In this document: piece by piece, positions 11,131 to 25,127 of the stretch
How the letters are laid out: every line of letters begins with the position of its first letter
How positions within the stretch are numbered: position 1 is the stretch's first letter
Source of the DNA: Octopus bimaculoides
Taxonomy: Eukaryota
Assembly: GCF_001194135.2 (NCBI RefSeq)
Contig: NC_068987.1
Span: forward strand, 47,624,122-47,688,121
Reading direction: 5' to 3'
Length of the DNA stretch: 64,000 bases
The notes under the pieces: model-generated
What the model was told of the DNA's origin: nothing
The model's database searches: none
What the model saw: only the letters and a program-made list of their open reading frames with translations
Made by a program: the position numbers and the translations under genes

Positions 11131-13818
11131 AGTTGTTCTTGTTCACTATCATCATCAGTTAACATCCATTTTCCATGTTAGCAAGGGTTAGGTAGTCCAA
11201 CAGAAGCTGACAAGTCAGAGGATTAAATCAGGCTCTCCAATGTCTGCTTTGGCATTTCAGCGGCTGCATGCCCTTCCTAACACATGTGTGTATACTTGTT
11301 TGTCTGTTTTTGTGTCCGTTCTTCCAATGATAGCATGGGTTAGATGACTATATAATAAAGTCATTGTTTTACAGCTGGATGCCCCTTCTGTTACAAAACC
11401 TTACCTGTTTTTCAATTGAGGCATCTCTTATTCCACACATCTTTGAAAGCACAAAGTCAGTGGATGATTTGTTGACAGAGGAAATGGCAACAATGTTACC
11501 ATTTGCAGCTCAGAAATTCTTGGAGAAGCGTAAATGTAAACTTAGACAGACACATGCATACACACACCATTTTAATGTTTACTTTTCAGGCTTGCATGCA
11601 TCAGTCGAAATTTGTTAGGGCAGATTCTATATGGCCTGATGTCCTTTCCATCACCAATCCTCACCTATTCCCAAAGTCAAGTAATGTTTCCTTATGGCAG
11701 AATATGTTTTTTGGCAAAATTGCAAATGAACATCACCACTTGGATGACAGTGATGCTCCTTTACAACCATCACACTATATCAAAACAAGAGCACGCACAC
11801 ACAAGATGGGCTTCTTTCAGTTTTCATCTTCCAGATCCACTGTTGGCTCAGCGCTATAGTAGAACGCACTTACCTAAGGTGGTCTGCAATAAGACTGAAC
11901 CCCAAACCATACAGTTGGGAAGTGAACTTCTGAACCACACAGCTATGCCTAATCATAAAAATATTATGGGTACGGCTTTTCTTCTTTGCTAAGTTATACA
12001 CACATATACACTTTTTTCAGTGTACCTTAGGTATGAAGGTGTCTTCAACCTACAGGTCTGCATAGAATTCTTGCAACAAGTGCACTCCAGTGATGGCACC
12101 CAAGGACCAGCTGGTGGTGTAAAATTAGTTGATGGTCTACCATCCAACAGCCTATGGTGGGGTTTGATCTCAGAATGTAAAGAACTGGATCAAATATCAC
12201 AAGACATTTTGTCTGATGCTCCAGTAATTCTGCAGGGCATTTTTGTCAGATGCTATTACAACTCTGGCAATTTGCTGGTATATGTATGTGAATGCTGTTT
12301 CTAGCAAGACATCTTCTGAAATATAATATAGAAAAGGAAATAAAAAGAAATGGCTGTGTTTACATTCCTAGTGAGCATTATGTCCTGCAGCTCTGTGTTC
12401 TTGAAGTAATGGAATAATAAAAAAAAACAAAAACAAATTCCCTGCAAAACAGAAAAGGCTTGGTAACAAGAAGAGCATTCAGCAGGAAAAACATCTGCCT
12501 CAAATAAGCACTCATCCAACCTATGCCAGCATAGAAAAATAGATGTAAAATAAACCAACAGATTTACACACACACACACACACATGCAAGCAAAGCTATG
12601 TGGTTAAGAAGCTTGCTTCCTAATCATGTGATTTCAGGTTCAGATCTAGTGCATGATACCTTGGGTATCTTCAACTTTAGCCACAGGTCAACCAAAGCCT
12701 TGTGAGTGAATTTGGTTGATTGAAACTGAAAGAAGCCTGTTACATGCATGTGTGTGTGTGAGAGCTTGTATATATTATTGTCTTCTTATGGTCATAAATG
12801 AACATCACCATCACAAAAACAGCAGCATGCATTTCTAATCTTCTATGAAAAACAGGTGAGAGTTAGCAACAGGAAGGGCATCTGGACGTAGAAAATCTGA
12901 CAAAATACTATGATGCATTATTGTTCCATGCATCTCAGTCTTGCTTCATGTAAGAACTGAGCAGTAAAGTTCAATTTCCTCAGACCGTATCTCTAATATT
13001 TCCTCCCAAGTTCTCTTTCAACAAGTTTTCATATTTTTTTTCTCTCTGCTAATTATCAATATAGGTTTCGTAATCACACATATAGGCATACCACTAGAAC
13101 CATAAAAATAGACCAAGAGGATGTTACAGTCTTGTATACAAATATACTGCAAGGGGCACTCTGACAAGACAGAAGTTTTTGTTTTTTTGGTTACACATTT
13201 CTGGAAGTTTCTTGTGGATCATTTCCTTATCTGAGTGACTGGAATTTAAATAAGGTAGAAAATACTTAACAAAGGAACAAAAGACCCATCTTGGATATAC
13301 AGTTTTATTTCATAAAACACAGAATTAGGACTTTTTATTTGATTTATTTTTTTTCAATTTTCATTTTGATTCTTTTATTCTTAAGGTATCTTTTAAAATT
13401 TTTTGGTCAGCCCTGACATTTAAAGCAATCATCAAACAGAGAGAGAGAGAGACAAAGGCCTTTCCTTTCCCTTAAAGTCTCTTCTGATCAAAGAGACAAG
13501 ATAAAAAAAAAAACACAAGAAACAAAAACAAAACAAAGCAACATACAGCAACATATGTATGTGTAAAATATATGTAATACACATACATACACACACACAC
13601 ACACTCAGGCACAATAAGAAATATCAGCAGAAGCTTGTATATGTTAAGATATGGAAAAACTTAATTGCAAAGAGGAAATTTTTATTGAGCAGACTGATAA
13701 TAATCAATGCACAAACACGCACACGTATACTTCACATACACATATTTAAGATATTAAAAGCACTTTTAAGAGAGTAGGTAACAAATAGAGCAGGCATTAT
13801 GATATTATTATTATTATT

Positions 13819-14100
13819 CAGTAGTTTTATTTTTATAACGTGCTTTCACTTCACTACCGAGCGCAGCTCTGTGCGCCTTGGGTATGTGCTGTGGTTTGCT
13901 GTGGTGCTCTTATGTTTACTGTATTGAAAGTGTTTTGCGTAGAATGTGTGCAGTACCCAGTAGTGCAATTTTCTGTATGTTATATATATTTGTAAGTCCT
14001 GGTGTTTTTGTTATGTATTTGTCTGAATATTTTTTTATTATACCTAAGGCACTATGATAGGAATTGTTTCTGTTTTTAGATTCCACATTCGAGTTATCTC
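13819..14100 (-). mobile_element. 5'-truncated R4/Dong-clade non-LTR retrotransposon inside a (TAA)n tract
   Basis: Minus-strand EITRMWNLKTETIPIIV/ALGIIKKYSDKYITKTPGLTNIYNIQKIALLGTAHILRKTLSIQ* is the typical R4/Dong C-terminus. A 3' UTR of about 95 bp follows, and TAA repeats flank both sides (13803-13818 and 14101-14147). Confidence 0.8.
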
Positions 14101-14547
14101 TATTATTATTATCATTATTACTATTATTATTATTATTATTATTATTGTTAAATATCACTTGGAATTTGATTAAATCTAATAAGTGTGAATAGCAAAGAAT
14201 AGGAATAAAAATGTTACGAACGGATTTGAAGAATATCTTGTCAAACTGATGTAGGTCACATTTGCAAATGAATCATTCCTTTGCTTACACAGACATACAC
14301 GCACAAATGGATTTCAAACTATTTTCACTTTTTAAGGGGCATAAAAAAGGCTTATTTGTAGAGAAATTTTAACAGTTTTACTTCAGATAAATAAAATCCT
14401 TGGTAATGGCACAATTAACTACATGTCAAATCTTGCTATTTGACTGGTAAATATTTTATCAACCTGGGGAAAAGATGAGAAAGAAGTCATCTTTGGCAGG
14501 ATTCAAACTCAGAACCACAATACAATTATATGCTAAATATACCAAAG

Positions 14548-14740
14548 TACAGGGCAAGGCAGAAAAACCTCCCAAATTTCACATAGTCATTGGTGTGGTG
14601 GTTGTGAAGTCAGACAGGTGGTAATGGTGTCTTCATGTAGCTAATGTTTAACCATCTTTTTTTTTCAGTTACCATCATGATTTGGACTGATGCACATCAT
14701 GTGTTTGCTGCTGAAATGTTTATCAAGAATGGTGAATTTG
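14548..14740 (+). mobile_element. 5' fragment of a rosa/DD41D-like Tc1/mariner element
   Basis: TA|CAGGG terminus at 14548. ATG at 14677 gives MIWTDAHHVFAAEMFIKNGE, similar to the N-terminal HTH region of this group (M.W..EHRAFAVE.FFKNGES). Confidence 0.55.
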
Positions 14741-14821
14741 GAAGCTTTTTTTTTTTTTGCAGCATCCTGTATTCCATTGCCCTACCAATTTTGCTCTCTA
14801 TATTTCTTGTCCCCTCTCTAT

Positions 14822-16140
14822 ATAATACATTTTATATAGGAACAAAGCCACAATTCTGAAGGAAGAGTACAGTCAATTAATTACTTTAGCACCTGACAAG
14901 TATTTTATTTCACTGATACTGAAAGGACAGAAATTAATGTTGACCTCAAAATGAAAAAAGACATGATTAAACACAAGGAATTTAATCCTTTGCAGTACCG
15001 ATTCTGCCATCAATCACTCTCAATAATTTTCTAATTTAGACACAAGGCCAGCAATATTCTGGGTTGCTAGTTGATTACAGAGACCCCAGTACTTAAACCA
15101 GTACTTTATTTTATTGAGCCCTAGAGGGATGAAAGGCAAAGTTAACTGTAGTGGAGTTTGAATGCATAACACTGAGAACCAGCATTTTTGTCCCACAACC
15201 TAATGATTCTGCCAACCCACTGCCCTTTAATAATAATTCTAATTAAGCCACAAGGCCTGCAGTTTTAGTAGGTGGAGGGGCTAGTTAAACTTCAGTAATT
15301 GGTTGGTACTTTATCAACCCTGGAGGGATGAAAGGCAGAGCTGACCTTGGTGGGGTTTGAATTCAGAATATATGCAGGGAGTATAGTCAGTATGGTACAG
15401 ATTGATACTTACTTACATTGTACTAATTAATATTTGATCTTAGAACATACAGACATAGCTAAATATTGGTAGGTATTGACTGTGATCAGTAGTCATGCAA
15501 TTTGACCACACTAATAGTATCAGTTGTTTTTAAATTTTGTTACTTGATACCATTGATCCCAGTACTTGCCTAGAACTTTATTTTATCAACCCTGGACTGA
15601 TGGAAGGCAAAGTTGACCTTGGTAGTATTTGAACTTAGAATGTATTGAGATAGAAGAAATGTCATAAAACATTTCTGTTGCTAAAATTGTTCTGTCAGCT
15701 TCACATCTTCACCCTAATAGTAATCATAACATTTGTTTCTAAGTTTGGCAGAAGGTGGTCACTAATTTAGGGAGCTGGTGTAGTAAATTTAACCAGCCTC
15801 AGTACATGACTGGCACTCAGTTTTTAAACTCTGCAGAGATGGAAACAAAGAGAATCCTATTGGGAATTGAACATGGTTTGCAGAGAGCTAGAACTAAATA
15901 CTAGCAGTCCTTTAACCCAATACCCCCTATACCTGCCATAATAATAATGATTTCAAACATCAGCACAAGGCTTACAAATGCTTAGAGAGGGAACAGTCAA
16001 ATAGATTCCTCCCATCCAACTTGGCTTATTTATATAGTTTATCATCCACCCATCGCAAAGATGAAAAACAAAGTTGACCTTGAGATTTGAACAAAAGTGC
16101 AAGTAACAAAACACTGCAAGGTAATTTGATGTTCTCTTGA
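14822..16140 (-). repeat. Head-to-tail array of about 6 diverged SINE family B copies
   Basis: Units start near 14822, 15019, 15228, 15540, 15714 and 15939. Most show a TAATAAT tail, (G)CACAAGGCC, GTACTT..ATT, GATGAAAGGCAAAGTTGACC and TTTGAA. Confidence 0.7.
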
Positions 16141-16962
16141 TTTTGCTGTAAAAGCAATAATGAAAATATTTTAATGCCATATTTCTGCTCATAGTAACAG
16201 CGAGTATGTATATCTTCCCAATCATAAACTGTATCATCCACCCCTAAAATAATGGACAGTAATGCAAATTATAATTGAGTTACTCAAAACTTGTAGAAAA
16301 AAAACTTTCTAATTTAGATAATCAATTACACTTATTACTAATTAACATTCACTTCATTCAATACCATAGTGTGGATTGTTGTTGGTCTTAAGGTTTATTT
16401 GATTGTTTATGTATGCATGTGCATATGTGACTTTATTGAGAATTTACATTTAAATGTGGAAGTGTAATTTTAGATTTTATGCTTTGTGTGTTTCATTCTA
16501 GGTGTTTTTAATATATAAAACAATGAATGAAAAAGTACATGTATGTATCTGTAAGAACGAAACAGTGAATGCAAGTACATAAGAGTTGCACAGTTCAAAC
16601 ATACATTTCATGTGACATTAAAACGAACTCATATGGACACATGCAATCATCAGTAGTGATCTTTCAGAATTTGTGAGTGAAGTTAGGAAAACAGAGACCC
16701 ACATAAAATACAAAGTAAAATGGAAGAAACCTTTAAGTTGTGAGCAAAGGTAAATTCAAGTGTAGTTGTGTTGTGGAAGACACAGTATTTTTGATCAGGA
16801 ATAAAACTGTCAAAAACAGAGGGGAAAAAAAAAAATCATTAAACCCTTTCACTGACATATGCAACTTTACATCTCTTAGCAGACTACGACAAAAGACTTT
16901 CATCAGTATATCAGCTAGAGCTCAATAGAAATATCCATATAAATTCTTTTTGTGAATAGTGG

Positions 16963-17119
16963 ATCTTGAAGTACACATAAAGCTATAAATAATAGCATGT
17001 AAATAATGGGCAGAAAAACCCTACTAGATAGAAAAAGTCAAAGGCTGCCCGTGGGACACAGGCCCGCACCTCCCAATACTTACATGCTATTATTTGTAGC
17101 TTTATGTGTGCTTTGAGAT
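16963..17119. repeat. 48-bp inverted repeat with a 61-bp spacer
   Basis: ATCTTGAAGTACACATAAAGCTATAAATAATAGCATGTAAATAATGGG (16963-17010) versus the reverse complement of 17072-17119, ATCTCAAAGCACACATAAAGCTACAAATAATAGCATGTAAGTATTGGG. Six mismatches. Confidence 0.85.
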
Positions 17120-17489
17120 TTTATGTCATGAAATAATCATATTTATTTCATTTAACTCAGATTGTAGCTTACAAAGTATACTAAAGGGTTAAATATACAA
17201 ACACTCCACCCCCAAGACTTCTTAATGAGACTGAGTTCATTCATCATGGAAGTGAACTAATAGTGAGAGGTCACTTTCTTTTATATCCTCCCATATTCCT
17301 TTTATTTGTATCTATACATCACTTTAAAACATGACAATACATTATAACTAAAAACATGGCAACACATTCATTGATCAACTTTAACTTATTACTGAAAAGA
17401 AATCTGGTCTAAAAAGACATTTTATTAAATAAATGCCATTGCACATATCTTTAGAAGAGGAAGATATATGTGTATGTAGAGGCAATGGC

Positions 17490-17523
17490 TTGGCATGACC
17501 ACAATCCAGAACTGGTAAACAAG

Positions 17524-17570
<47 letters not shown>

Positions 17571-17913
17571 NNNNNNNNNNNNNNNNNNNNNNNNNNNNNN
17601 NNNNNNNNNNNNNNNNNNNNNNNNNNNNNNNNNNNNNNNNNNNNNNNNNNNNNNNNNNNNNNNNNNNNNNNNNNNNNNNNNNNNNNNNNNNNNNNNNNNN
17701 NNNNNNNNNNNNNNNNNNNNNNNNNNNNNNNNNNNNNNNNNNNNNNNNNNNNNNNNNNNNNNNNNNNNNNNNNNNNNNNNNNNNNNNNNNNNNNNNNNNN
17801 NNNNNNNNNNNNNNNNNNNNNNNNNNNNNNNNNNNNNNNNNNNNNNNNNNNNNNNNNNNNNNNNNNNNNNNNNNNNNNNTTGGCATGACCACAATCCAGA
17901 ACTGGTAAACAAG

Positions 17914-17949
<36 letters not shown>
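17490..17949. other. 309-N assembly gap flanked by the same sequence of about 70 bp
   Basis: TTGGCATGACCACAATCCAGAACTGGTAAACAAGTATATATATGTGTG occurs at both 17490 and 17880. Ns span 17571-17879. Confidence 0.85.
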
Positions 17950-17954
<5 letters not shown>

Positions 17955-19510
17955 ATATATGTGTGTGTGTGTGTGCGTATACAAACACAGACTCTCTCTC
18001 ACTCTCTGGAAATGCTATTAACACCTTTCTACACTATATCCATTTAAGTTTTCTACACAACACAAAGCACACACATTCTTGTTTGTGAGATCATGGATAA
18101 TCAAGTCAATTGAACACTAGGCAAGTAACCATTGAAGTCAGTGATGCAGAGCATTGATTTGGAAATAGTGGGGTGCACCTGCACCTCTTAGATTTTGCGG
18201 GGACAATGGAAACACTGAATATCTTCCTGAAAAATTAGGTTTGCACCCCACAAGCAAATTTTATTCCCATATTTATGATGCAGAATTGTATCCATGGTTG
18301 AGATGTAGCACTCAACAGCCAAATCCACCAGCCCCTAAAATGGGTACTGCTGTTGGCTTCACACATCACTATCATGATTAGTAGCTCTGTGAACATAACT
18401 GATTCATTGGCTTGAAGTGCTGAGTAAAGTTATTTGTGATCATCTAGTATCCTATCTAGAAGCAAATTTGTTTCTTATATGCTTAAAAACATATAAAAAA
18501 AAAACACTACAGTTATTGGAGATAAGCACTAGTTCTATGGATTCTTGTAATTGAGAAAAAAAAACTTATACTACCTTTTAAACATACTGCATTTATTTTA
18601 TCCAAATATATATATACATTATATAGAAATATATTACAAGTCTATGTTACTATAATGTTCAGCACATCCTGTTTCAATAATCACAAAATGTAAAATCAAT
18701 TTCATACAATCATTTTACCTACTAGTTATTCATTCAGTAATCTAATAAACATAGAAAAAAAAGGCTGTATATGTCTATAAAAATGTGTCAGCTTTTGGAA
18801 AAACACTGGAAAAGAAGTAAACCTAGCCCAAACCTACTCAATGATTAACTTGAAGGAAAAGCACAATTTATTGTATGGAAGACAGGCTAGATATAACTTT
18901 ACACAAGTTTCTACAGAAGATTCTCATAGAGGCTAAGTTTTTAATTACAGATGTAAATATATTCATTCACTTGGATGTCAATATGGCCAAGTGGTTAAGT
19001 AATTTGTCCCCCTCCCTTATTTATACTCACACTCTGCACTATGTTGGGCTAGTGTCTTTTACTATAACCTCAAGTAAACTTGAGGCTTGTGAATGAAATT
19101 AGGTAGACAAACTATGTGAAAGCCCATCAAATGGACTATAATTTAAAGGCTGAGCCTTGATTCATACTGTTATGCTGATTCTGCTTGAAAATTACATTAA
19201 AGCTACTCATTTCTATGGAATACTCAGTCACTTACATGTTAATCCAATGAAAGAAGTTAAATTAACCTAACAACTGAGTACTCGTCTCCAAAACTGACAG
19301 AAAATCTATTCATTTGTTCATTAATTCAAAGCTTCTGTTGATTGCTACTCTGTGCCTCATATTTCCATAGCAACTGGAATTAACTTCAAATTCCAGTTAT
19401 TGTGAAAAGAGGAGTTTCAGATTTGAATATATGAATAAACTCTACTTTATGAATTGAGTGCTTTTTACCCACGTTTGTAAATTCAAATGTGTGTGTATGT
19501 ATGTATTGCG

Positions 19511-19585
19511 AGTTTGTTACAAAAGTATATTAAGTATAAGTTTGTTACAAAAGTATATTAAGTATAAGTTTGTTACAAAAGTATA
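19511..19585. repeat. 28-bp tandem repeat, about 2.7 copies
   Basis: AGTTTGTTACAAAAGTATATTAAGTATA twice exactly, plus a 19-bp partial copy. Confidence 0.95.
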
Positions 19586-22509
19586 CTCAATAGATGGGTA
19601 GAGTAATGTATATTAAATAGGACACTATTTTTCATAGATATTCAAATCAAAACCTTTTTAAAAACATTTTTCCAAGCCATCTGAAGACCACTAGCCTGCA
19701 TGATATCCTTAATGGCTATAATGGAGTGACAACAATTCTAAAAATATATTTAAGTCACAACTTTCAAAAAATGTTCAATGACAAATTGAGATTTGTGAAA
19801 TTTATACATTTCTGAAGGGTTTTTGCAAGTGAAATAGAAGCAAAGCAACCCCACCCCCTTTTTTATTTTACATGCAAGCTAGCATGGATAGAATGGTTTC
19901 TATATGTGCAATTGCTTTTACAGCTTCTGGGCACCCTTCTTACTACTAACAATTCCATTGTCAAGTATGGAGTGAAACCCATATTTTAGGCACTCAGGCA
20001 GACTGAGACAAACAGTATTATGTGCCTTGCCCAAATGAAAAGAAGCTTTCAAGTTAGGTTCACCATCAAAGTAAAGTGTTCATGTAAGCAGGCTATATAA
20101 GTAAAAAAATTACCTGTGAAATAAAAGGCAGTTGGTAGACACATAAAAGAAGCTCTGTGACACAGAAGCTGTCATGAAGGCTCCATATTTTTAATGCTTT
20201 TTAAAGTGCAGGTAATCCACCAGGATTTAGTGTAGTGAGTTGATGAGAAAACTGCTGTGAATGCAGACTGCAAGGTGAATTAATTAACAAAGAACTTCTG
20301 AAATCAAGGATATAAGCCTTGTTTATACACAAGCAGTGTTAAGAGATTTGTCCTGTAGCAGGATGTGAACTTGTGTTATTTGAGACAGGTACCCAGTGCT
20401 TCAGTTACCCAGCTAGTGTACCTCTCAGTAACAAAAGTAGTAGTGATTGCAATATTAATGATTTCTGACAATGGCACAAGGCCACAAATATGTATGGAAA
20501 AGTAACAGCCAACTGAACCCCCAAAGCAGGATTACCATTGATTTTTCTTTCTTTTTTTTTTTTTTTTTTTTTTTTGTTAGTTCAAATCCCCTCAAGTTCA
20601 TTTCTGCCTTTAATCTCATTAGAGTCAACATAAATGCAAGGCAAGTACTAAGTTAAATTTGACCTGGGGTTAATATGAGAAGACAGTTACTGTCATCCTC
20701 ACCTCTGTTAATAATCCTTTCTACTATAGGCACAAGACCTGAAACTTTTGTGAGCAGTGGAGGCTAGTTGATTACATTGAAGTCACCCACCCTTCAACCC
20801 CCAAAACTCAACTGATACTTATTTTAGCAACTTTAAAAGGATATAAAGCAAAGTCAGCCTCACTAAAATTTTAACATGAAGAGCAGGAAGAAATGCTGCT
20901 AAGCATTTTGTCTTATGTGCTAACAATTCTGTTAGCTTGCTGTCTTAAATTAAAACTTTGTCAGCAATGTTTGAATGCCACATCTACTGTAAACCATATA
21001 GTCATTCCAACTACTATACCAAAGCACTATTACAATAATGGGCTCATTGTATACAGTGTTCAGGCGTACTGCAATTATTATCTCATGCACAACATCATGA
21101 AGAAGATGCATACAAATGATTGAAGTCAGCCTCTGGCATTGCTATTATGAGTATATTTTCAATGACTATCAGTAACATGATATATCAGTACCATGGAACT
21201 GTACCAAAGTACAAATGAAAAATGAAATACATATACTACAATGATTTTTAGTGTTGAAAGTGACCAAGGCAACTGAGACAGCAATTGATTGACAAAAAGT
21301 CAATAGCCATTTCTGTCTTCTCACAGTAATATATGTACTCTGTGTTCCAAGCACAAATGGTCAACTCGCAATAGCTTACTTTATTTAGCTTCAGATAAGC
21401 ACTATGAAGTACTAGAATTCACCACTAAATGAAATTAACAACTGCTTCATTAGCTTGCAGTGCCAAGACAGATCTTGCTGTTAGTAAAAGCTTGTTCTGG
21501 GAGGAGTTCCACAGGGAACTAACACAACATAATATGATCAACTAAAACTTGAAGACGTCATATATTACCCATTTCTCAGCTAAAAGGGATTTTATTCCTA
21601 GTTAACCTTAAGGCCTATGACAAACACAGGTGATTCAGGTATCAATATATTCTATATTAGCTTTACTTTGTCTTGACTACATTTCTAACATTTCTCAAAA
21701 GGTGAATAACTGAGGATTATCTAATTCACATTTAGAATCTTTGTTCTTTCCTAATTCATTCATTGTATGAATCAGAAAATATTGCTCTATGAAGAGCAAA
21801 CTCATTTTCTAAATCAATTAACTACCAAGATTTCTTTTTTTTTTTTATAGGTATTAATCAGGGGAAATTCAAGCTGAATAGTAACTTATTGACTAAAAAT
21901 AAGTTTAAGAAAAAAGCCTTGAAGCTTTACAAAAATTTTGATAAGTACAGTTTAACCCAAAATAGGAAAAACTGAAAACAAAATTTTAGCTCTTCCTAAC
22001 AAAGTAAATTTTGAGAGGCATTCTACAGATTGTTAATCATATCTTACTGTTTCACTTACTGGAGACAATTCTGAGAGATTTTACTTTTGCTTATATGTAA
22101 TGTGCTGTTAACTTGAAAGGATCAAGAAAAAATATACTCATTCTAGTGAAATAAATATGATACTTATATGCTAGTGCTCTCATGCTTGACATCCTGATAC
22201 AATTATAACTATCAATACTGCTGTAATTATTAAAACGAGCAGTGGATATGTAACTGAAATGAACTCATCTTTTAGGAGGTGTGTTGTTTTCATCTCAATG
22301 CCCTATACTGTCTTGTGACAAAGCTGAGGTGCTTAAACTATTTTACATGAAGCTTGTTGTTGTTGATATATTTCAATTTTGCCTGGCAGCAGATTTCATC
22401 TCATCATAATTGTATGGAATAGTACTAAAAGTTCAATTAAAAAAGAAAAGGCAGGATGGAGGAAAAGAAAAGTTAGAGTTTAATAGAGAAACTAGAAAAA
22501 AAAAAACGT

Positions 22510-23357
22510 TGGCATTTAGCCAAATATGGAGGCAGATACAACAAAGGGATATAGTTGATTGAAATGCATCCCCAACTTTCCAAAAATAAATTTGAACACT
22601 CGTATTTTATTTTATTGACCCTCCAGGGATGAAAGGCAAACTTTACCTGATGGGATTTGAACTCCAGTACTAACAATTCTGCCAACCCAATACCATAATA
22701 ATAGTAACACTTTCTGATTTAGGCACAAGGCTAGCACTTTTGAGGGAAGGGGTTTACTGGATTTCATCAACCCCAAGATATGACTCCTACTTTATTATAT
22801 TCACTCTGAAAAGATGAAAGGCAAATAGGATTTGAACCGAAAGCATAAAGAGCCAGAATATAATGCTATAAAGCATTTTGACTGATTCTCTAAATCCACC
22901 ACTCAAGTAATAACAATAATTGTTTCAAATCTTGGTACAAGGCCTGCAGTTTTAGGTGAAGGGGTTTGTTGATTTCATTGACCACAGTACTTGACTGCTG
23001 CCTTATTGATCTCGAAAGGATGAAAGGTAAAGTTTACCCCAGTAGGATTTCAACTCAGATCATAAAGAGCAGAACATAATACTGCAAAGCATTCTGTTCA
23101 ATTATCTAATGATCCTGCAAATCCACCAACAACAATAATTTATAAAAGCCAAATGGCTTAAATTCAGAATAAGGGGTAGAATAGATTATATCAATACTAG
23201 TACATGACTTACTCATTTTATTGAACTCTGGGGGGATGCAAGACAAAGCTGACTTTGGCAGGATTTGAACATTTGAACTTAGAACATAAAACCGTGCACC
23301 TAAATAGCATAGAGCAATGTGTATGACACTAATTAGATTTTCCAACACTATCCTCCT
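22510..23357 (-). repeat. Head-to-tail array of 4 diverged SINE family B copies
   Basis: Units start near 22510, 22696, 22906 and 23129 (period about 190-230 bp). Each has GATG(A/C)AA(G)G..AAA, GGATTT(G/C)AAC and an AAT-rich junction. Confidence 0.75.
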
Positions 23358-24367
23358 AATAATGATAATTATAGCATTATCAACAGTTTACTCATCACTT
23401 CCATATATAGCACACAAGCATGCACAAATTTATAACACATATCTAAACAGTGTTACACACACACACACACATTAATAGTCACATATATACATAGCTGCAC
23501 ACATACACACTTGTGTATGCAAGTGTTCTTTACAAAAAAATTTTTTTTAACTAAGGTTAAATATATTCAGAAATTTCTCACTCAGTAACTAGATATTTTT
23601 GGCTTTCAGTTTTAATTGAAGAAATTATATCAATTTCTCTCATTATTAGTACTATATATAACAGGTATATAGAATAGACCAAACAGCTATAAAGCACATA
23701 TATTTATATACTTAATTTTAGAAAAGATCTTCAAATATAATTTATGAAATCACACACACAGAGAAAAGAAAAATGAAAAATATTTTTCAAGAAAGCATAT
23801 GGATTTTTGATTTTTCTGAAATGAGAAGATAAAATGTTTCATTGCACCTTACACAGATAGGGATGTTTCAAATTTGAACAACATGACTAATTGTCCTAAA
23901 TGACACTAAAATTCTAAGAGTTTGAACCCTAGACTCCCACCACAGCAATGTCCATTGGCTAAGGTGTTTAACTTTTACCGGCTCAGCTTTCCAGGTTTAT
24001 AAGCTCTCACTGTATCTAGTTATAACTAGCCATTGCTAGCACTTTCTAATTGTTGGTTCACTTTATATCAATGAACAAGCCATTTTCACTGTCAAGCTAT
24101 TCATTCACCTTTGTTCACTTTTTCTGGACCAAGATTCTGGTATTTAAAAAAAAATGATATTCAGCTTGTTTAACAACAGCTTCTGCTCTAGTGCTTCATG
24201 TAATCAGAATGAACACTCATCTACAAACCTGGTCATATATAAACATTCTATTCCCTCATACCCTCTTTTAATGTGATTAACTGCAGGGTATTTATTTATA
24301 TATAATCAACTTTAGTATGTGTTTATTTATAATTAAATTTGTGTGTTTATATGTGTAATTAACTGTG

Positions 24368-24370
<3 letters not shown>

Positions 24371-24421
<51 letters not shown>
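24371..24421. repeat. (AT)n microsatellite
   Basis: Direct read. Further (AT)n tracts at about 36047-36082, 37772-38106 (with a 271-N gap) and 39444-39485. Confidence 0.97.
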
Positions 24422-24425
<4 letters not shown>

Positions 24426-25127
24426 AAAATATATAGATGAGAAGACAAATATGTCACAAATGCAAAAAAAATTAAAAGTGAAAAACATTTACAAGTGTAA
24501 ATAATTGGCCAACACAGATTATAAACTATTTTATTCAAACAAAGATATAATTTAATGTTTCAGGAGGGGAGTTAATGCTACAGCAGTTAAATGGATGAGA
24601 AAACAAGGGTGGAAATATTACAAATCTAGAGTGGAACTAGAAATACTGTGAAAGAAAAAAATTAGTTGGAGAGAATTTTTCTTCAACCGCCCCACCTGGT
24701 TTTGCAGGTGTCAGCAAGTAAGGGAAATAACTCCTATTACAGTTTGTCCGTGAAAATTTAGCAATTATTGTAATTTACAGAGGTATTTGTGATTAAAGAA
24801 TTTAATAAAATAGAGACAATTGTTATTGTAATAAGACATAACTGGACTATCAATCTAACATGCTTCTAAGTTAAACAAAGAGTTAATTATAGCTGGGCTG
24901 AGAATCTGTGTTTCTGCTTATTCCATACCATTAGGCTAGTATTTGAAGTGGAAACATTTATTTCTATTGCAGTAGTATCTTAACTTCTAAGCCATATATA
25001 CTCCAGTAGTAAACGTAGAAATAGGTGAACATAAAGATGAAAACAGAAATGAACTGCTTCAAACAGTGTAGATATTTATCATTATTACTGTATTATCACT
25101 GAATGCTGGGACTTTGCATTCACTTGT

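Noticed and set aside
17490-17949. Apparent direct duplication of about 70 bp
   Set aside because: Identical copies flank an assembly gap at a microsatellite, most likely overlapping contig ends.
17425-18024. Long ORFs (up to 199 aa) around the N gap
   Set aside because: They are made of Ns and CA/TG microsatellite.
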